Origin: Eledone cirrhosa
Lineage: Eukaryota
Assembly: GCA_964016885.1 (NCBI GenBank)
Contig: OZ024740.1
Span: 265,112,001 to 265,176,000 of the forward strand
DNA length: 64,000 bases
Reading direction: 5' to 3'
In this document: positions 12,301-25,672 of the stretch, piece by piece
Numbering within the stretch: position 1 is the first letter of the stretch
How the letters are laid out: each line of letters opens with the position of its first letter
Notes under the pieces: generated by a model
Database searches by the model: none
What the model saw: the letters and a program-made list of their open reading frames with translations, nothing else
What the model was told of the DNA's origin: nothing
Made by a program: the position numbers and the translations under genes

Positions 12301-13215
12301 CGTTGACCGTACTAGCATGGGTTTCACTGATAGTACCGGTTGCATCCCAGCCTACTCAATAGGTAATGTAAAATTCAAGAAGACACACATAGTCATTCGC
12401 TTCAATACAAAACACATAAATGGCTAACTTCAATCTATACCCGTATTCGAATTTCGTGTGCACAGCATCCACTCTCTGCCTTTATTATACAACAATACAC
12501 AATTGGCGCAAGTGGCTTCATCAGCGGGTTTCGCCTTATCAATATCAAATCGATCGACAGAATACGATTCCAGTCCGTGTTGGCTATGACAGAGAATGCG
12601 ACGACCGACACAGTAAAACATCAGCAACTGAAATCCCTACGCGTCATCAAAATGCCGTCAACTGATTGGCTATTGGTTCAAAAATTTACGTGACGGTAGG
12701 AGACGAAATTTAAATAGTTCCGCTCCCCGCCATAAGCTCTCAGCCAACGCATCTCAAACACAAATTAACAAGTGAGTGAACCATCGGTTATTAGAGAAAA
12801 TCAGTCTTTAATCACTTTACAATAGAATTGTAGCGTTCACCTCCAGTCTCCAAGCCTCATGGCGAGAAATAGTGTGACAGTGACAATGGTTGGGCCTAAA
12901 ACATTTTGGGATATTAAATACCAACAGCCTATTAGACAGCGATATAGAGTTAATGCTTTGGCTAGAATTCGAATTCTAGATATTTCGACCAGCCACGTGC
13001 GTAAACCGGTCAATATCACAACTTGCACGATTCAATAGGTGAGTGAGAGAGGCAGATATAACATATATTAGAGCGCATATTAAACAAAACACTATTAAAT
13101 ATGCGGAAAATTATTCAACTTACTCTCATTGTTAATCTGCTACTTGGGAGAAAATAATTATAAGTACTAGCATGGGTCTCACTGCTAGTACCGGTTGCAT
13201 TTCAGCGTACTCAAC
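12301..13215 (-). mobile_element. Non-coding PLE-type element with direct terminal repeats
   Basis: gtactagcatgggt.tcactg.tagtaccggttgcat..cagc.tactcaa occurs at 12309-12359 and 13163-13214. Two CCAAT boxes (minus strand, ~12662-12677) lie upstream of a hammerhead. Confidence 0.65.
12439..12529 (-). ncRNA. Type-I hammerhead ribozyme with long stem II
   Basis: Minus strand: ACCCG-CTGATGA-[~62 nt]-GAAA-TTCGAA-TA-CGGGT. Palindromic stem III ATTCGAAT. Confidence 0.75.
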
Positions 13216-13439
13216 TTTCAGCGCACATGAACTTTTCTGCTGAGCACCGTATATTAATTTCACGAAAGTCATTTCCGTTCTTCGAACAACAGGAACACAT
13301 GTCTTCCGAATCGACGGAGTTCCTGCAACTGATCGTAAGAAGGTTTCTGTAAAACATTATGTTCATATGACAGTAAAGTTGTGTGAAGAAGAAGACAAAG
13401 ATACATGTAAAATTTTCTAACGTCCGGTTCAAGGAAACG

Positions 13440-13685
13440 GTTTCAGCAGGCCGATGCTTATCCCGTGTTCGTGGTGTAAGCGACTGAGAATACAAGACCC
13501 ACCCTGGAGAGAACGCCAGTCCATCGCATGATTATACCACCAGCTATTGCTGGTACTCATTTTCAGCTGAGTATCCTGAAGCAACGTGTCATGAAGTGTT
13601 TGACTCAAGAACCCAAGTCCAGGAAATCGAACTCACGACATTATAATCATAAGTTCAACACCCTAACCACAGGGCCACGCGCCTC
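13440..13685 (-). mobile_element. tRNA-derived CORE-type SINE
   Basis: Minus strand starts gaggcgcgtggccctgtggttagggtgttg...gtgagttcgatttcc (A/B boxes), followed by CORE-like tcttgagtcaaacacttc. Confidence 0.7.
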
Positions 13686-14000
13686 TACTATGTAGAATTA
13701 ATGACTTTAATTATAATATTCAGTTACAATTTACCTTATAGGCTGAATAATTATTCCTGTCTTCAAACCACTTGAGAGGTGTAAGTTCTCAGTTGCTGAC
13801 AGAAATGACGAGCTAACGCCAGTCTATGTTCGTACACCTGTGTGTTTGTGTGCGTGTGAGCATGCCTATGTATGTGTGTGTGAATGTGATGTCTGTGTGT
13901 GAGTGGTTTTGGGGTGAATGTGTGTTTGTGCAGATGTGTGTGACTTTAGTGTCTTTGTGTAAATGTGGTGTCTGTGTGTATGTATGTTTGTGTGTGTGTT

Positions 14001-14077
<77 letters not shown>

Positions 14078-14314
14078 TTGCGAAGAAGTTATTATGCTGA
14101 GTTATTGAAGAATGAAAATATTGTTTAATATGAAAGTATGAAATAGATTCTAGATACTGTTTGGTTATGAGAATAACCTCTAAGCGAACCGAATTATTGA
14201 AACTTGTTACATTGAAGCGGTAGGCGATACTGATAGTTCAAGTACTATGTCGAAAGACTAAACCTAGTCACAAATTCACCAAGCATATTTACATACATAC
14301 AAACACAAAGGTAC

Positions 14315-14449
<135 letters not shown>

Positions 14450-14626
14450 AAAACGGTGTGTGTACAGCAGTGATGATATATCTATTCATGTGTGTTTGTA
14501 TATATATATATTCATTAGTTAAGCAAAACAAAACCACAAATTTCACAAGGAAGACATTATTAAAAGATTGTCAATATATTTTAGTTTGATGTAAGGAATG
14601 TAGAGAATAATAATAATATTAATAAT

Positions 14627-14813
14627 AATTGTTTCTACATTAGGCACAAGGCCAGCAATTACCCAGTACATTACTGGTACTTTATTTTATCGACCCCGTA
14701 AGGATGAAAGGTAAAGTTAACCTCGACGGGATTTGAACTCAGACCATAAAGGGCCGTAACTATGCTAGAAAGCATGACGTCCAACCCTCTACCGATACTG
14801 CCAATTCACCGCC
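14627..14813 (-). mobile_element. Deu/Nin-domain tRNA-SINE, full length
   Basis: A box ttggcagtatcggtagag, B box gagttcaaatccc, Deu-like core. Flanked by repeated taataatattaataataat. Confidence 0.85.
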
Positions 14814-15317
14814 CTTATAATAATATTAATAATAATAATGTCCGTTTACAATTGTTTCGCTACTCCATATAATATTTCTGGATCAAATGATTATAGATCA
14901 TTATTGATCTGGTTCAGTTGAAAATAATTAACATAGGTAAAAACAGAGCAGCTCATCGAAACCTCAAAAGGAATATAAATTAAAATAAGGTAAGAATGTT
15001 ACATGAATGTAATGTTCCATATATTGGTATTTCACTATGGTGTCCTGGGTATATCTATTGTCTGCTATAATCGAGCAGTATTCTTCTGTCGAGGCTGCAT
15101 TGTCTGAGATCTGCCTATGGTTACCCTAATGAATATTTACAGCTCTGTGCACCTAACCTCTGCATGAACCCAGCCACCTAGCTGCCTTCAACTGCATATT
15201 GCACATGCCTTTACACTTTGGCTTCTAACTAATTCACCAATCTCTCTTCTCCTCTCCTATCTCCTCTCCTATCTCCATCTCTCTCTTTAAGATTGGTTAC
15301 TCTTGAACTGTGTATAT

Positions 15318-15378
<61 letters not shown>

Positions 15379-15425
15379 TGACCATACGGAATAGACAAGT
15401 TCTATCCAGTGGTGAACCTCAAACC

Positions 15426-15485
<60 letters not shown>

Positions 15486-15486
<1 letters not shown>

Positions 15487-16268
15487 TACCAGAATGGCCC
15501 GGCATTGTTCCGGCTTCTAAACATAGATTGGCATGTTTATCCCTCCTTTCTGAAACAGTACAGAGAAGTACGGAATACCTCGGCCTGGGGATGGTGTCTA
15601 CGTTTTGTGCTTGTAAAAAAATCGTCGTAGATTACCAGGGATTTAACTTAATTGGGTACCTGAGATTAAAACGTTCAACCCACAAAGCCAAGACGATAGG
15701 GTTAAGTAAAAAGACATTCGACAAACCGTACATGTATTTGTTGTGCTATGGTACAATGAAAGTTACAGAGCAGTAAGCATGTGGGACTGGAGTGGTGGAG
15801 AGTATGAAGGAATTTAGTTGGATACTTTTAAGGTTACAAAAATCTACCCAATCTAATATAGACCGAACTGTTATATCGGATGCCGAACGCTTCGGAGTTA
15901 CTATTGGGGTCACCATCAACAATTTCAAGGGATGTACGTTTAAGTAAGGATAATATAGCCTATAAAGAGAGGTAACTATATAGAGGTAACAAAATACTAA
16001 AGAGTTGTCTCTCTTTAACATTATAGACAAAATTGCCGAAGTGACAAAAAAGTTTTATTTAAAAAAGGTTTTATTTAAAAAACACCTTTAACAAAAGAAA
16101 ATTGAAAAATAAAAGCTGCAGTTAATATCTTTAGACCACAAGGAATATATAAATGCAATTTTCAATTCAATCGGTGTAGAAATGTGGATTTGTATAGACT
16201 TTCCAAAATTAGGACACACATACACACACACACACACACACAACTTCAGTTTTATATATACGTATAGA
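15486..16268 (-). mobile_element. Non-autonomous Helitron
   Basis: Minus strand: A|TCTATACGTATATATAAAACTGAAG at the 5' end. 3' hairpin ccggaacaatgccgg followed by ctgGTAG|T (CTAG mutated). Confidence 0.7.
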
Positions 16269-16410
16269 TGTGTGTGTGTGTCTGTGTGTGTGCGTGTATG
16301 GGTGTGTGTTTGTGAGTACATAGCTTGTGAGTGCCTGTATGGATACCCATATCCATACATATATATATACATATATACATACATAAATGCCCCCCACCCA
16401 CACACACCTA

Positions 16411-16441
<31 letters not shown>

Positions 16442-17942
16442 TAAGGATATATGTTTGGAACGCGACAAACAAAAGCATTTCTCTCTCTCCCACTCACTTA
16501 TTCTCTTTCACTCTTGCCATCTATCTCCTTTCTCCCTCACACTCTCTCTCTGCTCCCTTACCACTTCCCTCTCACTTCCGATTTCCTTCGTATCTCCCTC
16601 TTTACGCCTGTTCTCACTATGATCAGACGTTTCCCCCTTTGCCCTCACTCGTGCTGTTAATACGGATTCAGTACTTTCGTTCAGTCTCCTTTTTTAACTT
16701 ATCCCTCACTCCCAATGGATACTACAACTTACATGTTCTACTACCTCGCATTTCCCCCTCTCTATCGGTATGTTTTTCTTCTTTGTATTTTATTTTTCTG
16801 TCGTTCTCTTCGCTATCGAACTGTTTTCTTTCTTGTTGTTTTCTTTCCTAATAACTTCCTCTTAGTTGTTGACGCACTGTGGTGAGATGTACTGTCTTTA
16901 ATGGGTCGAACTGGATGTCACGTGAACTATTGTTTGCCATCTAAATTAACTATAGGGATATGAAATATATGAAAACCAATCCTAACCAAACATCGAGTGC
17001 GTTTTATTATATATTTCTGGCAATATTATAACGATATGTCCCTCCCCAAATATAACAATATATATATATATATATATATATAATTTAAGAATATGGATAG
17101 ATAGCTATATTTGTATCAACTTGTCAAATCAGACCATTACCAATATTACCAAATTCTTTTGTGTATTTTGATAATTTTCAGAAATTAGGTTTTGATTTGA
17201 AAGAGATATGTCTATTAGTTTTAGCACTCGAAGGAATTTTTAACTCCTTCAAATATGACACTGGGGGTTTATGTTTACCATTTTCTCGGGAACCAAGTTC
17301 GATTATATGACTGATCGTTGAGTGTTTAAGTAGTTGGCTTGACTTCCAGTTGGACCTGAATTGAAGAAACATGGGCTTTGTACATTGAATTTTTGAACCC
17401 AAACAATACGAGTTTCAGGTGTTTGCTTTTAAATATGCTTTTAAATATACTCACGTCATAAATAACCCTGATAAATACATAAGCCCTACGCAACTAAGCA
17501 TATAAAAGCAACTTTGAAAATACGCTACATGTGCATTGTCCCTCACAAACCATTAAAATATTCCCACCTGCTCATCTTTTATATGGCACACACCAGACTA
17601 GTTAAACATACTCCTCTCTAACCACAAACATACATCTATATAACTTGTTACACGTATCTAATCTTATTTTCACCTTTATATAATCTATCTAATTCCAGGA
17701 TTTAGGAGTTTAATCTCAGTTGTTTGCAAAAATTGACTTATATAATCCCGTACTTCCTTTCTGAAATATATTTTCCCATATTTACTTCTCACTCTCATCT
17801 ATTTTACTAATTCTTCTTTTATTTCTCGTTCTATCTTTTGATGAAGAACCAATGTCCTTAAGTTTCTGAAGATGTTCCTACTATATCTAATATACATTTA
17901 CATTGAAGAGTATCATTTTTTTATGCTGTTTATCAGTTTATT

Positions 17943-18036
<94 letters not shown>

Positions 18037-18277
18037 GCATACACGTATCTATGTATAATTATAAATATATGTATGTGAGTGTCTCTATCTCTCTATATAT
18101 ATGTATATATATGAATATATATGTATATAAATAGTAAGAATATTTTCGAAACAGCGAGTGGGTTTGAAATTATTAGAAATGTAAGCTATCGCCGTATTTT
18201 GACTAAAGAAATTAAAGAAATTATTTAGCCTGATAGTGGGGTTAAGAACCCTCGGAGAAATGGAAAAAGATGAGTAT

Positions 18278-18348
18278 TGACGTATATGGGAGTCGAACCC
18301 ACATCTTTGGTTATCCGGACCACTGTGTTACCATTTACACCAACACAT
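18278..18348 (-). other. tRNA-like sequence (pseudo-tRNA or SINE head)
   Basis: Minus strand: tggtgtaaatgg (A box), tggt-ccggata-acca arm, gggttcgactccc (T arm/B box). Acceptor stem is poor. Confidence 0.5.
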
Positions 18349-19097
18349 GTATATAAATATATATGTGTATATCTATATACTACTAAAACTCTGATCTTGC
18401 GTGCTTGCTTGCTTGTCTGTTATTTAATACAGGCAAAAGGGCGCATAATAGGTAAATACTTTGAAAGCAAGTTGCCTCTCAAATGGGAATACAAATTGAA
18501 TAAAACAAGTTTCGCGAAAATCTGACCCCGGGTTCCCGAGATTCGCGGGTTTTGGGGGTACCTTCGTAAATAGCCACAACGGTGCATACTGAGAAAATAC
18601 CACGAAATTAACATAACCCGCAAAACTTCGTAAATAGCCAAAACATTGCATAATGAGAAAATACTCTGAATAAAACAAGTTTGGCGTAAATCGCACATGA
18701 ACAATATTTTCAATTTTCCAAAAATAGCAAGGAATTCATTTAAATTCAATTTATCTTATTTTATAATGAATATCGAAAGAAATACTCCGTTTGTTTTTTG
18801 GTTGTCCATTCAGTAGGTAAGAGAGACAGAGAGGGGGTGAGAGAGAGAAAGAGAGGGGTGAGAGAGAGAAAGAGAGAGAGTGAGGGGATGAGAGAGAGAG
18901 GAGGGATGACAGATAGGGAAAGAGACAGCGTCCTTAACTTTTATTTATTTTAACTCTCCTCCTATCCATAACGTTATTTCTTTCTCTCTCTTTCAGTTAT
19001 ACTGCCACCGTGTGTATCTGTATGTGTATGTGTGCCAGTGCATGTGTTTACGTACTTAGAGACATGTATGTGTGTATGTGTGTGTAACAGTATTTAA

Positions 19098-19172
<75 letters not shown>

Positions 19173-19728
19173 AGGATACCTTCGTAAATAGCCAAAACGG
19201 TGCATAATGGAAAAATAGCCCTGTAAGTGATATAACCCTGAAATGGGGATAAAACAGGTTTGACGTAAATCGACATAAAACTATTTCTCGAATGATGAAA
19301 ATAGTTTAATAATTATTAAAAAAAGATTTTTCAGTGATTTCTCAGTGAATATGATTTCAAAACTACAAGTTGTTTGTACTTCAAGCTTTCTTTAAACAGA
19401 TGATATTTTAATTATCAGAAAAGCATTAAGTGAATACAATGGAAAAAATATTTCTTGGCATATTCAAAAAATATTCTTAAGTGAAAATGACTTAAAAAAT
19501 ACAAATTATTGGTACACTGAGTTTATATATATTTCAGCTTTCTTTAAACAGAATGTTTTAATTATTAATAAGTATTTTTTAAGTGAATATGATTTGAAAA
19601 ATACGAGTTGTTTAAACAGACAATATTTTCATTATTTAAAAATATTTCTAAATGATGATTTTAAAAAGATATTTGTTGGGGTAATAGGAATTTTTTCTAA
19701 AGTGAATACGATTTTCTATTCTTAAATA

Positions 19729-22700
19729 ATGCCTCGACGAGGAAGAAAGAAAGCATCTGGTTGGTCTATCGATAGTGGAAAGAAAGCACGGCTAAGGAGA
19801 GCCGAAGAAAGTGAGCAAGATAGTGGTCAACGCCACCAAGATCGGGACCGGCATGCGAATAGAAGGATCGATGAGACTGATAAAGCAAGGGCTGCGCGTC
19901 TAGCGGAACTGAGGGAAAGAGACAGAAGCAGGAGAGATCATGAATCGGATGGTCGGAGAGCTGCGCGTCTGGCGGAACAGAGGGAAAGAGTCAGAAGCAG
20001 GAGAGATCATGAATCGGATGGTCGGAGAACTGAGCGTCTGGCGGAACAGAAGGAAAGAGACAGAAGAAGGAGAGATCATGAATCGGATGGTCGGAGAGCT
20101 GAGCATCAGGCGGAACAGAGGAAAAGAGATAGAAGAAGGAGAGATCATGAATCGGACGCTCGGAGAACTGAACGTCTTTGCCAACAAACCATTAGGGATA
20201 GAGCAAGGACAGTTCAACGACGTGACCTCTCTGCTGATGTTGGACAGATAAATAAGATCTGTGTCTGTTGTCATGCAATGTTTTTTCATGGTGAAACTGC
20301 TAACTTTTGCTGTATGAATGGAAAAGTCAGGTTGGGGAATCTGCAGCCTTTACCCCAGGAACTTCACAGTTTATTTAGTACTGATCAACCTAGGGCAAAC
20401 GAGTTCAGGTAGAACCTCAGACAATACAACTGCCTGTTCCAAATGACATCTGTTGGGGCCGAGGAAGTTCGTACCTCAAGGAGTGGATGGAATCCTTCTA
20501 TCGTTATTCATGTCAAATTCACCATTACATCGGTTCCTTAACCCCTAATCCCAACGAACAAGCCCAATTTCTTCAAATTTACTTCTTGGATCCTCTGGAT
20601 AGTGTTGATTTGAGGATCAGGATACTCCATAACGATGGCATTCAGCGCGACATAGTTGAATTATAGGAAATAATACTCAGACAATATAACCCTTACGTTG
20701 CTTCATTTCGAATGGCAAAAGAACAAATAAAAACTATTCCCGAACTTCGATTATTATTGATCCTTATAGGAGACCAGCAATGGAACATGAGAGAAGATTC
20801 AATGCACAAACTGCAAACAAAGTTGCCGTTATTATACAAAACAGCACCGAACTTCAAGCAAAAGCACGGCACATTGTGTTGAAAGGAAAATTCGGACAAT
20901 TGCAAATAATCTCAGAGTCCCATCGGTCAGTTTGCAGTATGTTGTATTTTTTTCATTTTGGCGATGACGGATGGCAGCATCAGCTGTTAATGAGCAACAA
21001 CAAGACGTTGACGCCAATGCGCTACTATGCCTATCGAATAATGAACCATGAGAATGAATTCAACCAACTTCTCAGAGGCGGTCGTTTATTTCAGCAACAT
21101 TTGGTTGACATGGCTGCGAAGATTGAAGGAGATAGACTGCAATATATCCGAATGAATCAAACATCATTGCGATCTACAACATACAAGGGCCTTGCTGACG
21201 CATTGAATGATGATGACGATTTTCGCAATATTGGCAGGCGAATCATACTCTCCTCCACATTTGTCGGTGGACCGAGATATATGATGGAGCGATGCCAGGA
21301 TGCCATGATGTACATACGGAAGTACGGCAATCCTTCGTTCTTCATCACAATGACATGCAATCCAAACTGGCCTGAAATCCGGCAAAACCTATTCCTGAAT
21401 CAGAAGCCACATGACAGGCCAGATTTAATTGCCAGAGTATTTGACCTGAAGCGGAAACTGTTAAGAAAGTATCTTACTGGAGTAGATGGCCTATTTGGCA
21501 AGTGCATTGCTTACGTGCTGACAGTCGAATATCAAAAGCGAGGTCTTCCTCGTGTGCACTGTTTGCTATGGCTCAAAGAAGCCTCCAAGCCCAGACCGTA
21601 GGAATATGATAAATTTGTTCAAGCCGAAATACCAGATCCAAACAAAGATCCAGAGGGTCATGAATTGGTGCTGAAGCACATGATCCATGGTCCGAATTGC
21701 TCCAACAATTCGTCATGTTGGAAAGATGGAACGTGCAGTAAGCGGTACCCTAAGCCTTTCAATGAATATACATTGTGTGGAGAGGACTCTTATCCTGTGT
21801 ACAGAAGACGGTCTCCAGGAATGGGAGGATTTGAGGAGCACCAAGAAGGAAGGGGAAGCCGAAATATAATTTCGGAATGGGTGGTTGCCTACAATATGAA
21901 ACTATTAAAACTGTTCAACTGCCACCTAAACGTAGAGATGTGCTCTTCCATGAAATCGATCAAATACGTTATCAAATATACCATGAAGGGCAGTGATCAG
22001 GCAATGTTTGGAGTGAACAGGGAAGATGAGATAATTGAGTATTTAACAGGAAGATATATCGGTCCTTCAGAAGCTGTTGCCTTGGTACTTGGATTTCCAA
22101 TTCATGAGAGAGAACCGGCAGTAGTTCGCCTTCAAGTTCATCTACCTGAGGACAATCAAATCTTCTTTCGGGTCAATGATGCTGCTAAAGTAAACAATAA
22201 CATGGCTAAGACGACTCTGACTGAGTTCATGGATCTTTGCGATCGCGATCCGTTTGCAAAAATATTGTATTATGCCGATGTCCCAAAGTTTTACAATTGG
22301 AGTAATAAGAGATGGGAAAGGGGAAAAGTGGGGAAAACAGTTGAGTAGTATCCAATGACTTTTTAGGCGAACGTTTTGGGACGAGTATACACTGTTTCTC
22401 CACGAAGTGGTGACCTGTATTATTTAAGACTCCTTCTGCATCACGTCAAAGGGCCAGTATCCTTCAACTCTTTGAAAATGTGTGATGGAGAACTCCTGCC
22501 ATTATCCAAAGACGTCTGTAGAGAGAAAGGTTTGCTTCAATCGGATGATCATTGGCAGCAGACTCTGGAAGATGCTGAGCGAACAAGGTTTCCCAAAGCC
22601 GTGAGAGATCTATTCATCGTGCTCCTCACAAATACGGAAATTGACAATTCAGTGCTTTATGGGTTCGATTTAAGCATTCGTTTTCTGAGGATTACCTTCA

Positions 22701-24291
22701 AATAGGAAAAAGGGCTTCCAGAAACTCTAACCTGTTGATTAGCGTGAGACATTATGATCAATGTCTTCTGTATTTTGAAGACAATCTTAACGACCTGGGC
22801 AAAAGTCTTAGTGACTTTAACTTGCCAAGGCCAAATAATATTGTTGCTAATCAGGATATTGGCAATTTAGAGTTATTGCATGAATTGCAATACAGCAGAG
22901 AGAGCAGCGACGATTTGTAGAAGAGAAGGAGCCTCTATTGAATAGTGAACAAAAACACGTGTATGACTTCGTTTGTAACTGTTTAAAGACGAACACATCT
23001 GCATTGATTTTCATTGACGCTCCAGGTGGAAGAGGAAAGACATTCCTGATTAACTTAATTCTTTCAAAAGTCAGGGGAAACGGCGACGTGGCTATTGCTG
23101 TTGCGTCATCTGGCATTGCCGCAACACTGATGCCTGGTGGAAGAACAGCGCATTCTAGGTTCCAAATACCGATAGTAGTGAAGGAAAATGGTCTGTGTAA
23201 CATTGATAAAAACTCAAAGACGGCAAACTTCTTCCAACATACAAGGCTGATTGTTTGGGATGAGTGTCCTATGATTCGGAGGGAAAGCTTCGAAGCTGTT
23301 GACCTCAGTCTGCGTGACATATGCGACAACAATGAGGCATTCGGTGGAATTTTTACAATTTGCTGTGGCAATTTCCGTCAGCTTCTTCCGGTAGTGAAAA
23401 GGGGAAATGAAGCGGACGTGGAAAACGCCTGCATTAAAAAATCCTACTTATGGCGAAGCTTCAAAAGATTTCAGTTGAAGACAAACACTCGATTGGGTGG
23501 GGGAGCAGGAGACTATTCACAGTTCCTATTGAATATTGGAGAAGATAAGATAAACAAAACTGAAAATGAGGAAATTACTTTGCCAAAAGAAATGGTTCTC
23601 CAAGCAACAACTATGGAAGAATGTATTGATTTCATCTACCCCTCATTCGACAATCCAGCTGAAGTGTTTTCGAACAATTGCATCTTAGTACCTCTCAATG
23701 AAATGATGAGAAGCAACAATTCCACCTGTATCAGACGCTTCCCTGGAACCATAAAAGAGTACCCATCCTATAATTCTGTGAGTGATGGTGCCAATGCCAC
23801 TCATTTCCCGACTGAATTCCTTGATTCGGTTGAACTATCAGGACTACCACCACATAACCTGGAATTGAAAAAAAGGATCGCCAATAATTCTTATAGGAAA
23901 CTTGAATCCTCCAAGGCTTTGTAATAGAACGCGCATGATCGTGGAAGAACTGCACGACAATCTCATAGTAGCAAGAATCAACACTGCTGCTTTCAGAAAT
24001 GAAATCGTTATGATACCTAGAATAAGAATTAATCTATTCGAAGGTGAGGATATCCCTTTGCAGCGAAGCCAATTCCCAGTTCAATCGTGCTTCGCTATGA
24101 CTATTCATAAAGCACAAGGACAAACTATGGAAAACGTCTTGGTTTATCTGGAACGACCTGTATTCCAACACGGTAAACTATATGTAGCCCTTAGCCGCGG
24201 AAAACGAAAAGAAAATGTCAGAGTGTTTCTGATGGATACCCAGTCAACTAAGAATGTTGTCATCAAAAGCATTCTTTTGAGCAAACTGTAA
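19729..24291 (+). pseudogene. Helitron RepHel (STPR-like repeats, Zn finger, HUH Rep, PIF1-family helicase), broken by stops and frameshifts
   Basis: CxxC..F..E...CC..GK; FITMTCNPNWPEI; EYQKRGLPRVH (HUH motif with H>R); KYVIKY; DAPGGRGKTF; IVWDECPM; QFPVQSCFAMTIHKAQGQT; LYVALSR. Split over at least 7 ORFs. Confidence 0.97.
19872..20216 (+). repeat. Five 69-bp (23-aa) coding tandem repeats, STPR-like
   Basis: Unit ESDGRRAARLAEQRERVRSRRDH, 69-bp spacing of gagatcatgaatcgga, with E1 and R9-L10 pattern. Confidence 0.8.
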
Positions 24292-25145
24292 CAGCATAAA
24301 TATGAGAAAATGTTGATTCCGACGTCAGAAAATGAAAGGAAAAGGAAAAACTAAGACAAGTACAAATAATTTCTTTCAAAATTTTGTAAATAAACCAGCT
24401 TTTCATTAACATTGCAACTTTTTGAGCAGAAAAATCTTTCAGAACAAACAGTCAAGCATCCAGAGATATATAGAAAAAAAATGTTGAAGTAGAGTGATTG
24501 GATAGCTATTAGTGAAAACTAATTTGATATTTTCTTTGTGAAAATACTTGTGAATAATATAGTGAAAAGGCAAGATTCGCGTAATTCGGACCACGGGATC
24601 CCGAGATACGCGTGTTTTTTCGGGTACCCTTATAAATAATCAAATCAGCGCATAATGGGAAAATTATTTGAAAGTAAGGTACCATTGAATTGTGAATACA
24701 AACGCAGATAGTGGTTGTGAGAGAGAGGGAGAGAGCTGGTGGTGTTGTATAATCAAATTATGACTGGTGACTTCAAAGAATTGAATACAGCATTACTGTA
24801 TCTAGCTTGAATTTGGTGGCTGAATATTAAGTTATATGTATCTTATAACTTGTGTTAGGACAGGATGTATGTATGTGTGTGTGTAACCAGTGTATATAGG
24901 CCACAGACACCCACACACACAAACATGTATATATATACACGTACATATACACACACACATACACGTATATATATATATTGGCTTTCCAATGTCATTTTAA
25001 ATTATATACATTTTGTGTAATTATTTAAAAATTATTTTTAAGTGAACATGACCCGTGGTCTAGTGTATATATAAATATATATATATTTATGAATATAAAT
25101 ATATATGTACATATATATAAATATATATATAAATATATATATAAA

Positions 25146-25213
<68 letters not shown>

Positions 25214-25416
25214 TTTAATACAATAACAGAGAAAGCTTTAAGCTAAACTCCGACTGGTAACCATCTCACTCAACAAACATTAGGTTATACGTTAGTATAA
25301 TCCCAATTTAGTGTTTGGGGTGCTAACTATATGTATTTTGTGGAAAGCCAGTTGTATTATTTTATATGAGATATAATTAAAGTTAAAATATATCTCTCTT
25401 TCCAAACAATTGTTTC

Positions 25417-25467
<51 letters not shown>

Positions 25468-25471
<4 letters not shown>

Positions 25472-25578
25472 AAGTATGACCCCGACGGCAGAGCTCAAGC
25501 CGTTTTGACGGCTATTTCTTGAGTCCAGAAATAGCCGTCGAAACAGCTTGAGCTCTGCTGTCGAGGTCATACTTTTTC
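25468..25578. repeat. Hairpin with ~52-bp arms and 7-nt loop at a PLE 3' fragment
   Basis: gaaaaagtatgac...gctatttct-tgagtcc-agaaatagc...gtcatactttttc, with 4 transition mismatches. Confidence 0.9.
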
Positions 25579-25672
25579 CTATTACCCACTCTACTACCCT
25601 AAGTATTGAGTACTCTGGTGCTTATGGTCGATCTAGTTCCTTACCACAATTCCTTCGTTATATATATATATA

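Larger units (their letters stand above)
18372..25063 (+). mobile_element. Full-length autonomous Helitron, inactivated
   Basis: 5' A|TC at 18372, 3' CTAG|T at 25060-25063, encloses a RepHel pseudo-ORF. Internal repeats gggtaccttcgtaaatagcca at ~18556, 19174 and 24622. Confidence 0.8.

Noticed and set aside
19300-19720. Spaced aagtgaata.gattt repeats as a CRISPR-like array
   Set aside because: Degenerate AT-rich tandem units inside the Helitron 5' region. The spacers are related to each other, the context is eukaryotic, and there are no cas genes.
20780-24291. Host PIF1 helicase gene or Helentron
   Set aside because: It is fused to an HUH Rep domain with Helitron TC/CTAG ends, has no introns and no AP-endonuclease, and motif 2 is the GLP type. 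This is a canonical Helitron pseudogene.
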